From positions 28,086,001 to 28,150,000 of the forward strand of contig CM114271.1 of NCBI GenBank assembly GCA_050084515.1: DNA of 64,000 nucleotides, in the 5' to 3' direction. This DNA is from Blasia pusilla. Lineage: Eukaryota. Positions within the stretch are counted from its first letter, which is position 1. Each line of letters starts with the position of its first letter. A model generated the notes under the pieces. It was not told where the DNA came from. It saw nothing but the letters and a program-made list of their open reading frames with translations, and searched no databases. The position numbers and the translations under genes were made by a program. Shown here in pieces: positions 51,503 through 64,000 of the stretch.

Positions 51503-52669
51503 ACGTGTATATGATCCCATCCTAGATCTGATCAGTCCTCAGCATGGATCCTATAAAGATGCAATTTTTATCTATTGTAGATTCCAAGATAGGTGGTGAG
51601 AGAAAGTTTAATGGTTTTCATAGAGGGTTCTTCTTTATGATCTCTCTGCTCGACTCCCCTTTAGTAGGTTTTAACCTAGCCAACAAATCACATGCCAACT
51701 ACTCACATATACCACCACCTTTAAAGTAGATTATGTATATTAATCTACAAGTTAATCCACTATTCAAAGATTATAAAACACTAATAGAGCTACCAGACAC
51801 ATCATCTGGCTTGATCGTGCTACCTCTATCATCAGTACACAGCATATTGAAGTCATCTCATGAGAAAGGCCAGGTTACTTACAGCATGAACCATGATCCT
51901 TACCACCTGAATATTCTCCAAGATGTAGCCTACTCTTTTCCTGTTCAAAAAAGGACTTCTACAGACATCTATGACAATGGGAGTATATCTCTACGTTCGA
52001 GTGCTTCCTCAAGGGTTGATCTACTCACAGATGCCTTTGGTACATCTCTTGATCCTAATCTCACAATAGAGACAGCTTCATTCCCATTCATGTTTTTGTT
52101 TCATCGTGGCTACTTCACTGGTCTTACCACCTTTTCAGAATATATGTGTAATAGATCTCCTCAGTTGTTTAGTCTATTCTCTTGGTACAAGCCATGTGCA
52201 TTGTTGATGCCCCAGTTGCGCCTATCTATTGCATTATGTTCAAACTCACGTACATTTATCCTTAATAAAGAGTTAGATAAACTTAAGAAGGACAAGCCTA
52301 ACCTGTCTAAGAAAGACTTATATCATCAACTATCAAAGCACTCGATAAGTCCTCAGATACCATGTAGTCCATGTTGGCATAGGCGACATCTCAAAGATCT
52401 TAAAGCTATGGTGCATAAGTGGGGAATGCCCCAATTATTCTTAACTCAAACTTCATATGAAGTGTCTGCTACAAGGTGATCAGAATTCACTGATATAGAA
52501 TCAATAGTAAGCAAATTCAACGCAACTTTTACTTGGCGTGATGCTCCAGCTGAGTGCTCTCAGCTCTTTCTTGTCAGGCTTCATTCATTTCTTTCATCCT
52601 TCATTTTCTCAGGTCCTCAGATACTTGGGAAAGTTCATGACTACCTTATTCGCTATGAGTTGTAGGGCA

Positions 52670-53366
52670 TTTTCGTGCGCATACACATCGCTACACAACA
52701 TACATCGTTGTCATCGAACACACACACAAACACACACGATCCCATGCTAACTCATGGCATCCATACACAGAGGCGAGAAGTACCAAAATATCTCCAATAA
52801 AGTAAGATCCAATCTCTCTCTACACCATCTCACACCATAGCTCTCAAAAGTGTCCACTCTCTCTCATGTCAAACCAAACCCACTCTCCTAATGAGAGGCT
52901 TGGGTTACATTCACAAGGCAAGGAATCATAGCTCGGCCGCCTCATGCCAAGAGGTTCAACAAAGAGAGAATGAGCTCTCAAGCTCTCTCCTTGAGGTATA
53001 CCCCTCCCCTCTCCCAAGCTCTCTCCATGGTAACCTATTCTCCCAAGTCACCTCCTTGGCTCTTGACCTGATGTAGGACGTCAAGGGCCACTTACCAAAA
53101 ATATAAAGTCGATCATATACTCAGACTAGTACTTACCTAAAATAGTAAGTTTCTCAATATGGCTCCAAATGAGCCGAAATGAAGGGGAAACCTGCTCTCT
53201 CAGGTTTCCCGAGGCCTCAACAGGTCATCCTCAACCTCTTGGGTCTATCCTCCACTACTCGTGCAGACGCTCTGCTAGATCCTACCGATCTATCATAACA
53301 ATCGTGACAACGCGCACGGGTAGTCTCAGAGATTTGTACCTATACGGGTAGTCTCTATTGTTGACA
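52670..53366. mobile_element. LTR-derived insert related at both ends to the permuted LTR of 25908-30614
   Basis: Starts ttttcgtgcgcatacacatcgctacacaacatacatcg (cf. 26503 and 25908) and ends cctatacgggtagtctctattgttgaca (cf. cctatcggctactcagatgtgaca at 26501/30614). No TSD; the adjacent Helitron HUH motif is missing. Confidence 0.65.
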
Positions 53367-54845
53367 AACCAGTACCAAACCTGATGACAGAGGTTCGTGG
53401 TGGAAGACAAGCATCTGAACTTCTTCAAGACTTAGTATTGCATAAGCAACTACATAAATGCAGGGAGGGGGTTGGTATCATTAGGAAAAGGACATCCAAA
53501 CCTTACTTTAGGCTTGGATTCCCTAGTAGTGTTAATCCTAACCCTTATCCATTCATTGATCCTACAACTATGAAGTGGAACTACTACAACCCATCACTTG
53601 AGCACCGTAATGTAATCCCTTATCACCCACTAGTGTTAGTGTTATGGGGGGCTCACATGAACATTCAAAGACTTACTTATGCATATTGGTCATTTTACTT
53701 GCTAAAATAGGCTCTCAAATCTGAGCCCAATGGCTCTCTAGATATAGATATAGAGACAGCTAAGTGCCTTGGTCTTGGGGGTTTAGATGAAGTTAAGCTC
53801 AGGCTAGTCTCAATTGTTGTACTCAACATATCAGTTTCCTTGACGAAGGCTGCCTTGACATCTCTACAAATACCTATGATCTACAGATATAGGGTTTTCC
53901 ACTACATTGATTCAAATCCACCTAGCAAAAGGACTAACTTATATAAGAATGCATCGACCCCATGCATTCATCCTACTACTACATAGTGCAACACACTTGC
54001 ACTTGCAGAAGAACACACCTTCTACCAGTACTGGTCAAACCATGAACTACTCAAAGTCCTACCAAATAGGCAGAGTAGGAAAGTGATTGGATTTGACAAC
54101 TTAGGCAATATTGAAGCTAAGTCTGGTTGAATTTTCCGCTTCATTGAATTCCATCCTCTCTACCAGTGGAATGAATTCTTCTACTCGATTCTACTTGAAA
54201 ACATAGTATTCATATCAAAAGATGATATCGTGCCAAGCCATGATGTTGGGTGGAAATTCTTGCATGAATGTGTACACGGAGGTATTGTCAAATCTATGGA
54301 TGATATACATATCTTGATTATTTCCCATGTAGCTCAAAATTTATGGAGTCAAGTTCATGAAGCTGAAATTCTTTTTAAAGCTACATACTTCAAGCTGAGT
54401 TAGCAACTAATTTAGACATTATGCTATCTACTTCACCTATTGATATTGATGTACTTGAGATAGTTCAGAATACATAAGATGACTAGATTGATCAAGCAAC
54501 ACTCAATGAGGAAGAGCATCTGCTCTTCATGAAACTTAAGGATGTAAAATCTGGTCTAGTAGTCCTTTCAGGCCCTCCAAGTTGTGGCAAGTCCTTCTTC
54601 ATACAATTAATGTATAAGTTTTGGTCTTCCAAGAAGATGGCATCACTACTAACTGCAACAACAGGTATAGCGGTTGTACGTCTCCATTCACATGCAATCA
54701 CGGTTCATTCAACGTTTGCTATCCCTATTCGTTGTGATCTTCCAGCTATGCATGCTACTTTTGATTCTTATGCCAGGCTTACATCTGCTCAAGTTATTTT
54801 CATTGAAGAATTCTCAATGCTAACGTGCAAATTGTTGCAAGTTAT

Positions 54846-55072
54846 ATGTCCATATGGGCCCCACCTTTCCCTTCCCCTTACTTGCCTTCATGTTCCATAC
54901 TCCCCCATTTATTCCTCCCTCCATCTCCACTCCCTCCTCCCTCATTGCTCCACTCATCCCTCCTTGCCTTCCATCATAAAAGTGAGGGTCCCATCTCTTG
55001 GAACTCATGTCCATGGACATGGGCGGACTTGTCCATCCTTAGGAAGGACTTGTCCATTTTTGTGCAACCATA
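54846..55072 (+). mobile_element. hAT-type MITE (copy 3, left-truncated)
   Basis: Matches 47596-47837; right end tgcaaccata; sits where helicase motifs III-V have been deleted. Confidence 0.88.
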
Positions 55073-56626
55073 TTCCACAATAGTTGGTCCATGCTTACTC
55101 GTTATCAACTCTATATTTGCCTACGGCCTAGCATATGTTGTGCTATCACGTGTTAAGACCAGGAAACAATTGTGAATACTAGGTAAACTAGAACCTTCTG
55201 ATTTCTCTGTTCTTGGTCAGCACTCATAACCCATTGGATACTCCATACAGCTACCAAAAGATGCCCACAAGAGGCAACTCAAGTCGGTGTCGTGTTGCAA
55301 GAACTTCATCCCAAGTCCCTCAGCAAACACAACTCCCACAAACCTAACCCAGACACATTTTGAGCAGTGCAATCTACAAATGAGTATCATCGCTAGGAGA
55401 GAAACACACATGAGGTACTTTCCTGACCCCTCTCTACCGTTCATTTTCTCTATAGTTCTCTCTTCTAACCTACTATCACCATGTGCCTTCAAGCTACCTT
55501 GATTTTGCAAGCATGATTCTTAGTGACATCAAGTTTGAACCTACAAGCCACGATTCATTTTCCCAACTGAGAATCATATAAAGTACATGGATAATCTAGG
55601 CTTGGTCCCTTCTTTCTAGGAGCACGGAGTAACAGGAAGGCAAATACAATCACTCATTAACCAGGGCCAAATCTAGGATTCCAAGTTCCGTCATATCAAC
55701 AAGAAAGCACCCGCATCAGATACTTTTTACCTTCTGATTTATGGTTTTCATTGTGCTATTCTCCATTAAGTCTTAAGATTAGATGAGGCCCTCCATGTAC
55801 TAACACTTTCCATTTATCACCAAACATTCAGAAAGAAGCCTTGAAGTTTAATAATGTGGCAACCCTGACAAGGAAACATGCAGCACGGCTCTTCAATATA
55901 ATCTCAGGAGGGATTAGGCTAGATCAGTTGTGTGCACCCAGGCATCAAATGCATTTACCTATTAACATGTTGTTTGACTTTTCCTCAGCCAAAGCAAGCC
56001 ATCTCATTGAGAGGATAAAGTTAGCCTAGGATAATGGCCACTACCGGAGTTTGAGACATTAGCTATTGATGTTGACAACCCTAATCATTTCCCTGAATTA
56101 CCTAAGTTTGATGATTTTATCATCTTGTCTCATATTCCTGGTTGAGATGCACCATCTCAACCCAAGGCTGAATTCTCTTTGGGCAATTCACCTAACTTTG
56201 GTTTTGGATCAAACTCTCTCGCTCTGAGTACAACTCTACTCTCTAGTCCCCCAGCAAACGCAAATGCAGATAATAGGTAAAGTTTCATTTCCTTAGTATC
56301 TTAGATTCTTGCATGAACCTCCACTGCAAATTCTGTTATAATTTAGTCTTAATGTTCTATTCTGACACTTGAGCTTTGTTTCTCTGCAGGTCGCTATTAT
56401 TTTCCCTGCAGGTTCTTGTGGCTGATGAAGTGCACAATCATATCCCTAAGATATACTCCATACTTGTGCAAGTTCTTAGTTCAGTTGAACTTTGATTTTT
56501 TTCTTGAAGTTTCTTGCCTAGTGGACATTTACTTCACTAATTTTCCTGATGCATGCATCAGGTTACACTCAATGTATTTCGCAATAGGCTTCTTTCCATT
56601 TGCATATGTCTCCTTCTAGGTTATCT

Positions 56627-56910
56627 TTTAGGCAACTGTAGCAATATAGTACTTTACTTAAGCTCAGCTGGAGCATGATGCATTTTTTTTTCTTACAACT
56701 TAACGCACAAGCCATTTTTTGTAGAGTTCCACCTCTAATGCATTTGCTGCAATATTTTTCCTTTATCATTTAGGCAGTTGTAGCAATGTAGTACTTTACT
56801 TAAGCTCATCTAGAGCAGGATCCATTCCTTTTTCTTACAGACTTAATACACATGTTATTTTTGTGGAGTTCTACCTCTTATGCATATGCTGCTATATTTT
56901 GCCTTTATCA
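56627..56910. repeat. ~142-bp tandem duplication
   Basis: tttaggca..tgtagcaat.tagtactttacttaagctca...ctttatcat occurs twice in tandem. Confidence 0.8.
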
Positions 56911-58536
56911 TTGTGCAATCATCTAAGATTATGATGTGCAAATAAACATGCATGTTTCATCTCTTATTCATGTCACTTTACAATATTTTGTATGTTCAAC
57001 CAGCAGGTCATGCTCTTGTGGAACTAAATACCCCTTACTTTAAGCTCCCACTTTTACTATCACCACTATTAGTTCCCAGTTAGTCACTTAGTGTTCTAGC
57101 AATGCTTACTTTGCCTTCATGTTGTTGTGTATGGCAAGTTTGCATTCAGTCTTCACATTAGTTTGTTTAATATTTTCTACTAAGATGCTCTTGCAATCTT
57201 TAACACTTCTACTTGTTTCCCACTTTGGATCATATATCATGTACTCACTTGTTTTTTTCCTATTTCTTCTCATTATGGTGCAGCTCAGACAAATGAGGAT
57301 AAGGGCAATACCAAGGAGAGGTAACTAGAATCGAGATCAACGTCAAAGGAGCCTACATGCTACCAATGTTGCTTCAAGTGTTCATGCTGATCATCCTTCA
57401 TCTGCTGCGCTCTTGACAAACAACTCTAGCGCAACACCTTTCAAGTTTACAGAAGGATTTCATGTGCTCTCGCTGCAGCATACCAAAATTCAGCTAAACT
57501 CAGTTCAAAGCTTGCAGTTGTCACCGAGTCATTGCATTCAGCAAAGGCAGAAAGTTTTGCAAGTACTCTTGCTTTAGAGGAAGCAAATCATAAGCTTGAA
57601 TCAACAAGGACTGAGTTCGGATCTATTCTTTCTACTATGCATGTTACATTGACCACGATGAGGCACTCAAGCAGCAAGTACAGATCATCAAGGATATTTT
57701 TAACTTGTAGTTACTGAGGGATGATTTAGATCCACGTTGCTTCCACCATTCTATTTTATTCTCATACTTAGCATGTAACATTGCAATTGGTAATAAGCAA
57801 GCTTGCAGCTGGGAGCTTACTACAGCTACTGCAACGTGTATATTGGTCTTCACAGAGCCCATATTAGGACTTCAAATGTTAGTGGCTAATATGGATCTAT
57901 ATTAAACTTTGTGCATTTGCAATTTTTGTTCAAACTACAATGTGTTACATTTCATAACACTTTCCACTATGTCTAACTGCCTCTATGACAATTACAACTC
58001 ATTTTCACATTCAGCCTTCTTCATGGTTTATTCATTTTGTTCCAAGAGTTGCTCACAACATGTATTGACTTGCAATTGAGTGAAACTTGAAATTGTTCTA
58101 CCATGCAAGGGTGAATGGTATTCGTTTCAGCACATCTACTCAACATTGATTTAGTTAAAGCAAGAATCATCACTAGAATTTATGATTATGTACTACTTGT
58201 GAACCTCTTCTGCATCGAAACAAATTGTTAGATAGTCTACACTCAAATATGTGTATATGGCAGCCCTTACATACATTGTCTTCATGTGCATGCATACTTA
58301 TCAACACTTTGCAACCTTGGAGAAGGTAAACTCTAATGAGGTACTCTTAGGCTCGCTCTTAGGTAGTGTTTCTTTTATTTTCCTCTCTCCAATTATTGCT
58401 CCCACCTATTCTAGGTCTAATAGCAGTCATACTCCTACTCTTTTTTCTCTTCTTCACTTATTAGCTCTCTTACTACCAAGCCTACATATACATTCATAGC
58501 TCAATCATCATTATGACTACTACCAAGATAACAAAC

Positions 58537-61500
58537 CAATTTTTTCACACATCTGGGGTCGCGAGTAGTGCTAGCCGGCAGTTTTTGCAATTTTTCGTTT
58601 GGGTCAGCAAGGTTCTGGCAGGGTTTCCGGTGAGTGACAGGGCCAATCCGGCAAGTGACGGTGCTACTAGAGGAATGACGGAAAGTATCCCCATTCTGGC
58701 AGAGAGTCGTCAGGATATAGCCGCCGTCCGTCTGAAATCAGCAGAAACTGATGGCTCCCTACAATGAGCCTCCCGAAATAGTGCCGATTTGAATTTTGAT
58801 GGCCGGCTATTTTAAGGCTTACCTGGCAAGGGGTGATTGGAGGAGACAGCTGATGGTTGGATGAGATCTCCAAAGGCAAAGCATGTCGTCGCCGTCAAAT
58901 TTGGGGGAAGGATTTCAAACCCTAGCCCGTCGCTCTTTCTCCTAAGGTTGTAGCCGTTCGACTCAAATCCAACGGCTTCAACAGAAGATTTCGGAGGGGC
59001 AGCCCAAGACGGGAAGGCAGAAGCGACACGGCTGGGGCCGCTGGGTGACAAGCATGTGGGGCCATGGGGTAGTACCCTCAGACTGAGCCCTCCCGAGCTC
59101 ATTCCTCACTATTTTCTCTACGACTCCTCTGCTCTCTCCCCGACTCCGAGGCTCCAACTCCCCGCACTCTCCATAGCTTCGATTATGTTCGTGATTTTTC
59201 TCGATCTGCTGCTCTCTCCCCGCTCCGCTCGCTACTCTCTCCCCGACTCCGCTCAGTCCGTTGCTCCTCTCTCCCACTCCCCGCACGGCCCGCAACTTTC
59301 CCTCTCCCCGAAGGATCCAAAATTTTTGACTCCATTGCTGCTCGGCGACGTTGATACTCGCTTAGTTGCGCAACACAGATACTCGCTCGAGTCAGGACTT
59401 CTCACTCCCTGACTCTGCTCAGTTCGCTGCTCCCCAAACTCCAAGTACCCATCTCTCTGCAGCTTTGATTCTCCTAGAAGGACCCGACTCCGTTGCTACT
59501 CCAACACGATGCATAGATTTTTGCTACGCTCTGGAGTCTAGACTCCTCCCTCTCCGCAGCTGATCATCGTTTTCTCATTGCTGACTTCGAAGCAGTCCAC
59601 AACAAACCTGCATTGAAGCAGGTCGTCTTCTCTTAGACTCTGCGAGTTTGTATGTGTGCAGCATATTTGTGCGCTTTCCAGCTTGTTTTCTCTCTGCTCC
59701 GTAGACTTTCTTCAGTTCGTTGCTCTTATATGTTGGCTCCCCAACGTACTCTGCACAGTGGCTCCCCAAATCCGCAACTCGTGTTCGTAGTTATGAAGTT
59801 TTGGCTTTCGGGAGCTCCACGGCTAGCTGCAACTGCTCTTCATTACACAGTCGTAGCTTCGTTGAGCTCGGGACTAGGCTGTTCTCCAAGTTGGGCTCCG
59901 TGACTCCATAGGTTGTTCTCCTAGACTCGGAAGCAATGCCTTCTCTCTTAGCTGCCCGGCTTCATGACAGTCCGGCTCTAAGGAATTTCTAAAGTGTCGG
60001 CATCTCTGCCGTGTTTGCGCAGCTTTGTGACTCCGCTCAATCGTTCTCAATTTTCGTTCTGAGTTTTTGGTACTATGCAGATTCGGCTGAGTTTCTGACT
60101 CCCCGAGAACGCTCACCGAGAATCGCTCAGGCGCTACCTAGTGCCCACTATTTGGAAGTCCTCCTTCCACTATTTGGAAATCTTCTTGGGGAATGAGTTT
60201 GAAGCTTTCGGAGATCTACGCATGTTGCATTTCTTCCATAGCTACCTCTTTGTACTAGCTTTGCACAAGCCTTTTTTGTGAATTTCCTTTTGTAAACGTT
60301 GTCTGATTTAGGGTTCATTTAGACAGATTGATTCACATGCGTGTCTAGTTCACTGGTTATTATGGCCAAGAGACAAAAGATGATGAGTTCATTCTTAGAT
60401 AAGGGACCTCGAAACGATGTGTCAGATATTATTGCATTATCTGGCTCATCCGATGATAAAGATGAACAACCTATGTCAGGTAGTAGTGGATCCTTACCTG
60501 AAAAAGTTTGCATTGCATGGAAGGATGTGTGGTACTCAATGTATGATTGGATCGATTATGATTCAGGTCTTGGTAGGATTTTTTGTAAAGTCTGTAGGAA
60601 GGGGAAGGGGAAGAGTGCTTTTGCTAAAGATGGGGCAATTGATTGCAAAGTCTCTGCGTTCACTGACCACGCCAAGTCCAATGAGCATATCAAGCTCTCA
60701 TGGGCTGCTAATGGAGGTAAGAAGTCGATGGCCAAGGCCATTGCGACCACAAACCGGACCTGTGAAGTAGCCCTCCTAACATTGTTCAAGTGTGCATACT
60801 TCCTTGCAAAGGAGGCTATGCCATTTCTGAAATTTCCCAATCTGTGTAAGTTATTGCTTTCTATATACGCACCTATTACAAGAGGTCTTTATCATGATGA
60901 AAGGAGTTGCAGCGAAATGTCTTATTTCATCAGCCAAGTCTTGCTAAGAAGAACTCCTTCAAGAGTTCAGGCTTCTCCCTTTTTTGGTATTATGATTGAT
61001 GAGTCCACAGACATATCTATTACTGGTCATTTAGTTTTGTTTGCCACTTTCATTGAAGACGGACAGGAAAAGTGTTGTTTTCTCGGATTACTTCAGTGTG
61101 AGTCAAAGTCTTCAAACGTTATTACTGAAATGTTGTTGCAACTCATCAAGGATGGAGGGTTGGAATTCTCCAAAATGGTTGCCTTTGGCTCTGATGATGC
61201 CTCGAAAATGGTAGGTAGCCAGACAGGGGTAGCTTCACAAATGAAGCAAAAGGTGAACCCCTATATTCTATCTGTTCATTGTGTCGCTCATAGGACAAAT
61301 CTTGCTGCTTTGTCTGCTGCGAAAGTTGTTGATTGCAAGGCAATCTCTAGTGAAGTGGATTCCATTCTCAATTCTGTTGCGGGTTACTTCAGAAGGTCCT
61401 CCAAAAGGAGAACACTTCTATCCACTTTGCACGAAAAGTTCAATGATTCCAAGCGAGTGATAAAGAGATATCATAAAATACGTTGGTTATCTCGATGGCA

Positions 61501-63173
61501 AGCCGTTTCCACATTGTGTGATTCTCTAGAATCGGTGTTGATTTATTTTAGGGACATTTATCCTTCGGAGGATGATGGGAATGCTGCTCATTTATTTAAC
61601 AAGTTAAGATCATTCCAAATGATCTATCAGTTATATTTTTTAGCTAATATCCTTTCCATGCTTGCAAATTTGAGCAAGATTTTCCAGTACAAGTTTGTGG
61701 ATGTTAGCACTATAGGAAGCATTGTTAACTCCGAGATAGCTTCCATCACTATGAATTTTGCGATGGAAACACATGACTTGAATGCATCGACCTTCTCTGA
61801 AGACACAGGTTATCACATTTTACCTGATTTTGGGCCTCCGGGTGGCTATCTTCGACGTTTACAGTCTGAGATAAGGGGTAAAATGTTCCATAGTATAGAG
61901 ATGTCTTGAGATCACACAGGTAGGGATCTGGAGGCTGCATTATTCTTTCAGAAAAGATTTGCTAAAAGTGCATGTTCAGCTTTGCAAGATCAATTTCGAG
62001 ATAACCATCTTATTGGTGCAATGAAAATTCTAAACCCCTTACACATGCCTTCTAGACATGTGGGATTGAATAGCTGGGGATGTAAAGATTTAGATGATTT
62101 GTGTGGTTTCTTTGGAGCTCAATTACCTCTTAGAGGTCAGTTGCAACTTGGTTTGATTAACTCTCCTATTGTGAAACAAGAGTTTCAGTCTTTCAAACTG
62201 ATAGCTACTACAGAGTGGAAGGATCGCAACTTTAGGGACCTATGGGCTATGGTAAGTTGGAGTCCCTCTTTGCAATGTAAGTTTTCAAACTTGTTGATTT
62301 TAGCAAATATTGCTAGAGTCCAATGTGTGAGTACTGCTATTTGCGAGAGAGCTTTCTCCATTCAAAATATGATCAAGAGCAAATCTCGCAATAGGTTGTC
62401 TACAAAATACTTAGATGTTGTTTTGAGGATTTCCTTAGAAGGCCATTCCTCTGATTACGAGGACTTGTTGGGTGAGTCTGTTGTGTTATGGAAAAATTCT
62501 GCTCATTTTAGATATATCTTTGCTAGTCCAGAAAAATATCTGTCTTCAGAGGTAGAAGGAGACAACACTGAATTTTCTATAAAGTAGGATGTTTTGATTT
62601 AGATTTGTTGGTTTTGTAGGGCCCTTTTAGAATTCTTGGATCTTTGGGGCTCCAAGTATTGTAGAGGGGGAGGATCCTTTGCTCTCAACTGGTGGGAGGA
62701 ACCAGGTTCAACTCCTGCCAAGGATATCTTACTAAATGATATGTGATTTACTACCAAGTGACATGAGGTCTTTGAATGTGAATTTTTTTAGAGTGTTGGA
62801 AGTCAGGTTGCTTAGAATGTCGGAGTGATGATAGTGAATGAATGGGAAAGAGAGGACATTGCTTGCTGGCTGAAAATCTTCCGACCGTACTTGCTAGCCG
62901 AAAATTAACCGACGAAAACTTCAACGGCCGGATTTTTCCCGGTGACTACAAAAAAAGCCGGAAACTCATTGGTGACCATGAATCGGGACGAAAATTCGGC
63001 ACGGAAATTTTTTAATTTTCGGAATTTCATGGATTAAAATGGAAATTTACCAGAAAATGAACCTGGATAATAAAAATTTCCAGTTAGAGCCGATGACTTC
63101 AGAAAAAAAACCGGGTAACTATATATATTACCAGTAATCGCCTGGCATCTTTAAAAAATCTCCCCGAACCCTG
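58537..63173 (+). mobile_element. hAT DNA transposon, 4637 bp, perfect 8-bp TSD TAACAAAC
   Basis: TAACAAAC at 58529-58536 and 63174-63181; right terminus ...GAACCCTG; CCGG-rich subterminal regions at both ends; transposase inside. Confidence 0.88.
60362..62587 (+). pseudogene. hAT transposase (ZNF862-like) with a single in-frame TGA at 61907-61909
   Basis: Zn finger (W..IFCKVC..H...EH), IDESTD, FGSDDASKM, HCVAH, RW, STAICERAFS..K..RNRL. ORFs 60341-61909 and 61982-62587 are in the same frame with one stop between them. Confidence 0.93.
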
Positions 63174-64000
63174 TAACAAACACTCCAACTTACTTTCAAT
63201 TGCATCATGCAGCAACCATATTATTTCATCCAACCACCAGCTTTGAGAGCTATGTACATGTCTAAACAATTGTACCTTCTATAATTATTTTTTAAGGCTA
63301 CTCTATGTTGTCAATGATGTCCTTTTACCTTCTTCCAAAAATCTTTTAATGCACACCACTATGGCCTAACCTATCTTTAATCATCTTATTTAATCCACCC
63401 ACATCTTTTTTTCATCTTCACACATTCAATGCACGCTGATCCCTTATTATATGTTTCATGCTTCTAAACTCTTCTCAATTCTATCTTTTGCTTCCCATGC
63501 CTCCTATTCAAGTCTATTCTAGGCCGCACGCTTGTTGATAAAAACTAGGCGATATGCGCATGTTACGCCATTAAAAATCCATGGTACAATGGAATCAAGA
63601 TCGAGCCTTGATTCCACTGTACCGGCTTCTTTTGTAAAGGCTTCCGACAGAAATTAGAAATTTCTAAGACACGACCAAAGGCATCGGGGAAAAACCGGAT
63701 GCAAAATGTGATGTTCCAAAAACCAGCCGCTCTTCCATAAGTGTGTCGACAATTTTTCCAAGTTACCTTAGGTTTTCCGGTGAGCTTCCCGAGTACATTA
63801 ACCGAGCAAACGGGGATTGCCGATGAGGGTCGAGTATTTCCGGGGGCGAGCTACCCGGGCCCGTTTAGCCTTGTTATGGGACATCGGGGACTCGGGGCTG
63901 CCTTAAGGAATATAGAATAAGGATTAGGGTAAAACAATATTAGGGCAACGGGGTTGGGGCCCGCATGGATGGCGGCGCTGATGCGGGACTCAAGGGAGGC

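Larger units (their letters stand above)
49804..55175 (+). mobile_element. Second Helitron-like element: intronless Rep-PIF1 helicase pseudogene interrupted by three insertions; termini not found
   Basis: Cys-rich N-terminus; VNPLFKDY; ETASFPFMF; IPCSPCWHRRHLKDLKAMVHKWGMPQLFLT; LIRYEL*G; HKQLHKC..FRLGFP; NVIPYHPLVLVLWGAHMNIQ..YLLK*ALKSEP; Walker A SGPPSCGKS; TATTGIA; IFIEEFSML; GLAYVVLSRV. Confidence 0.9.

Noticed and set aside
63510-63550. CTAG as a Helitron 3' terminus
   Set aside because: No subterminal GC hairpin immediately upstream and no following T.

Overview
Eukaryotic, land-plant-type genomic DNA (spliceosomal GT-AG introns, an alpha-expansin, heavy C>T decay of repeats). A non-seed plant is my inference from the transposon repertoire, not something I can prove. 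I can support only two intact host genes: a 6-exon SAM-dependent type-11 methyltransferase (+, 17520-19971) and a 3-exon alpha-expansin (-, 37131/37077-35051), the latter followed by about 8 kb of unique upstream sequence. Most of the rest is nested, decayed transposons. These are an intron-containing Helitron split by a near-complete RTE/RTEX-like LINE (carrying its own solo LTR) and by a second solo LTR; a second, intronless Helitron split by two LTR-derived inserts and a hAT MITE; Gypsy remnants; and a near-intact hAT element with a perfect 8-bp TSD. The most unusual object is the Gypsy element at 25908-30614. Its LTR is circularly permuted (b-internal-a-b-a, like the split direct repeats of tyrosine-recombinase retroelements) although it encodes a DDE integrase. 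It also has a Tf1-style self-priming PBS and a PHD finger fused to the integrase. Several fold-back or template-switch scars and perfect palindromes are present. All assignments are by eye; no database searches were run.
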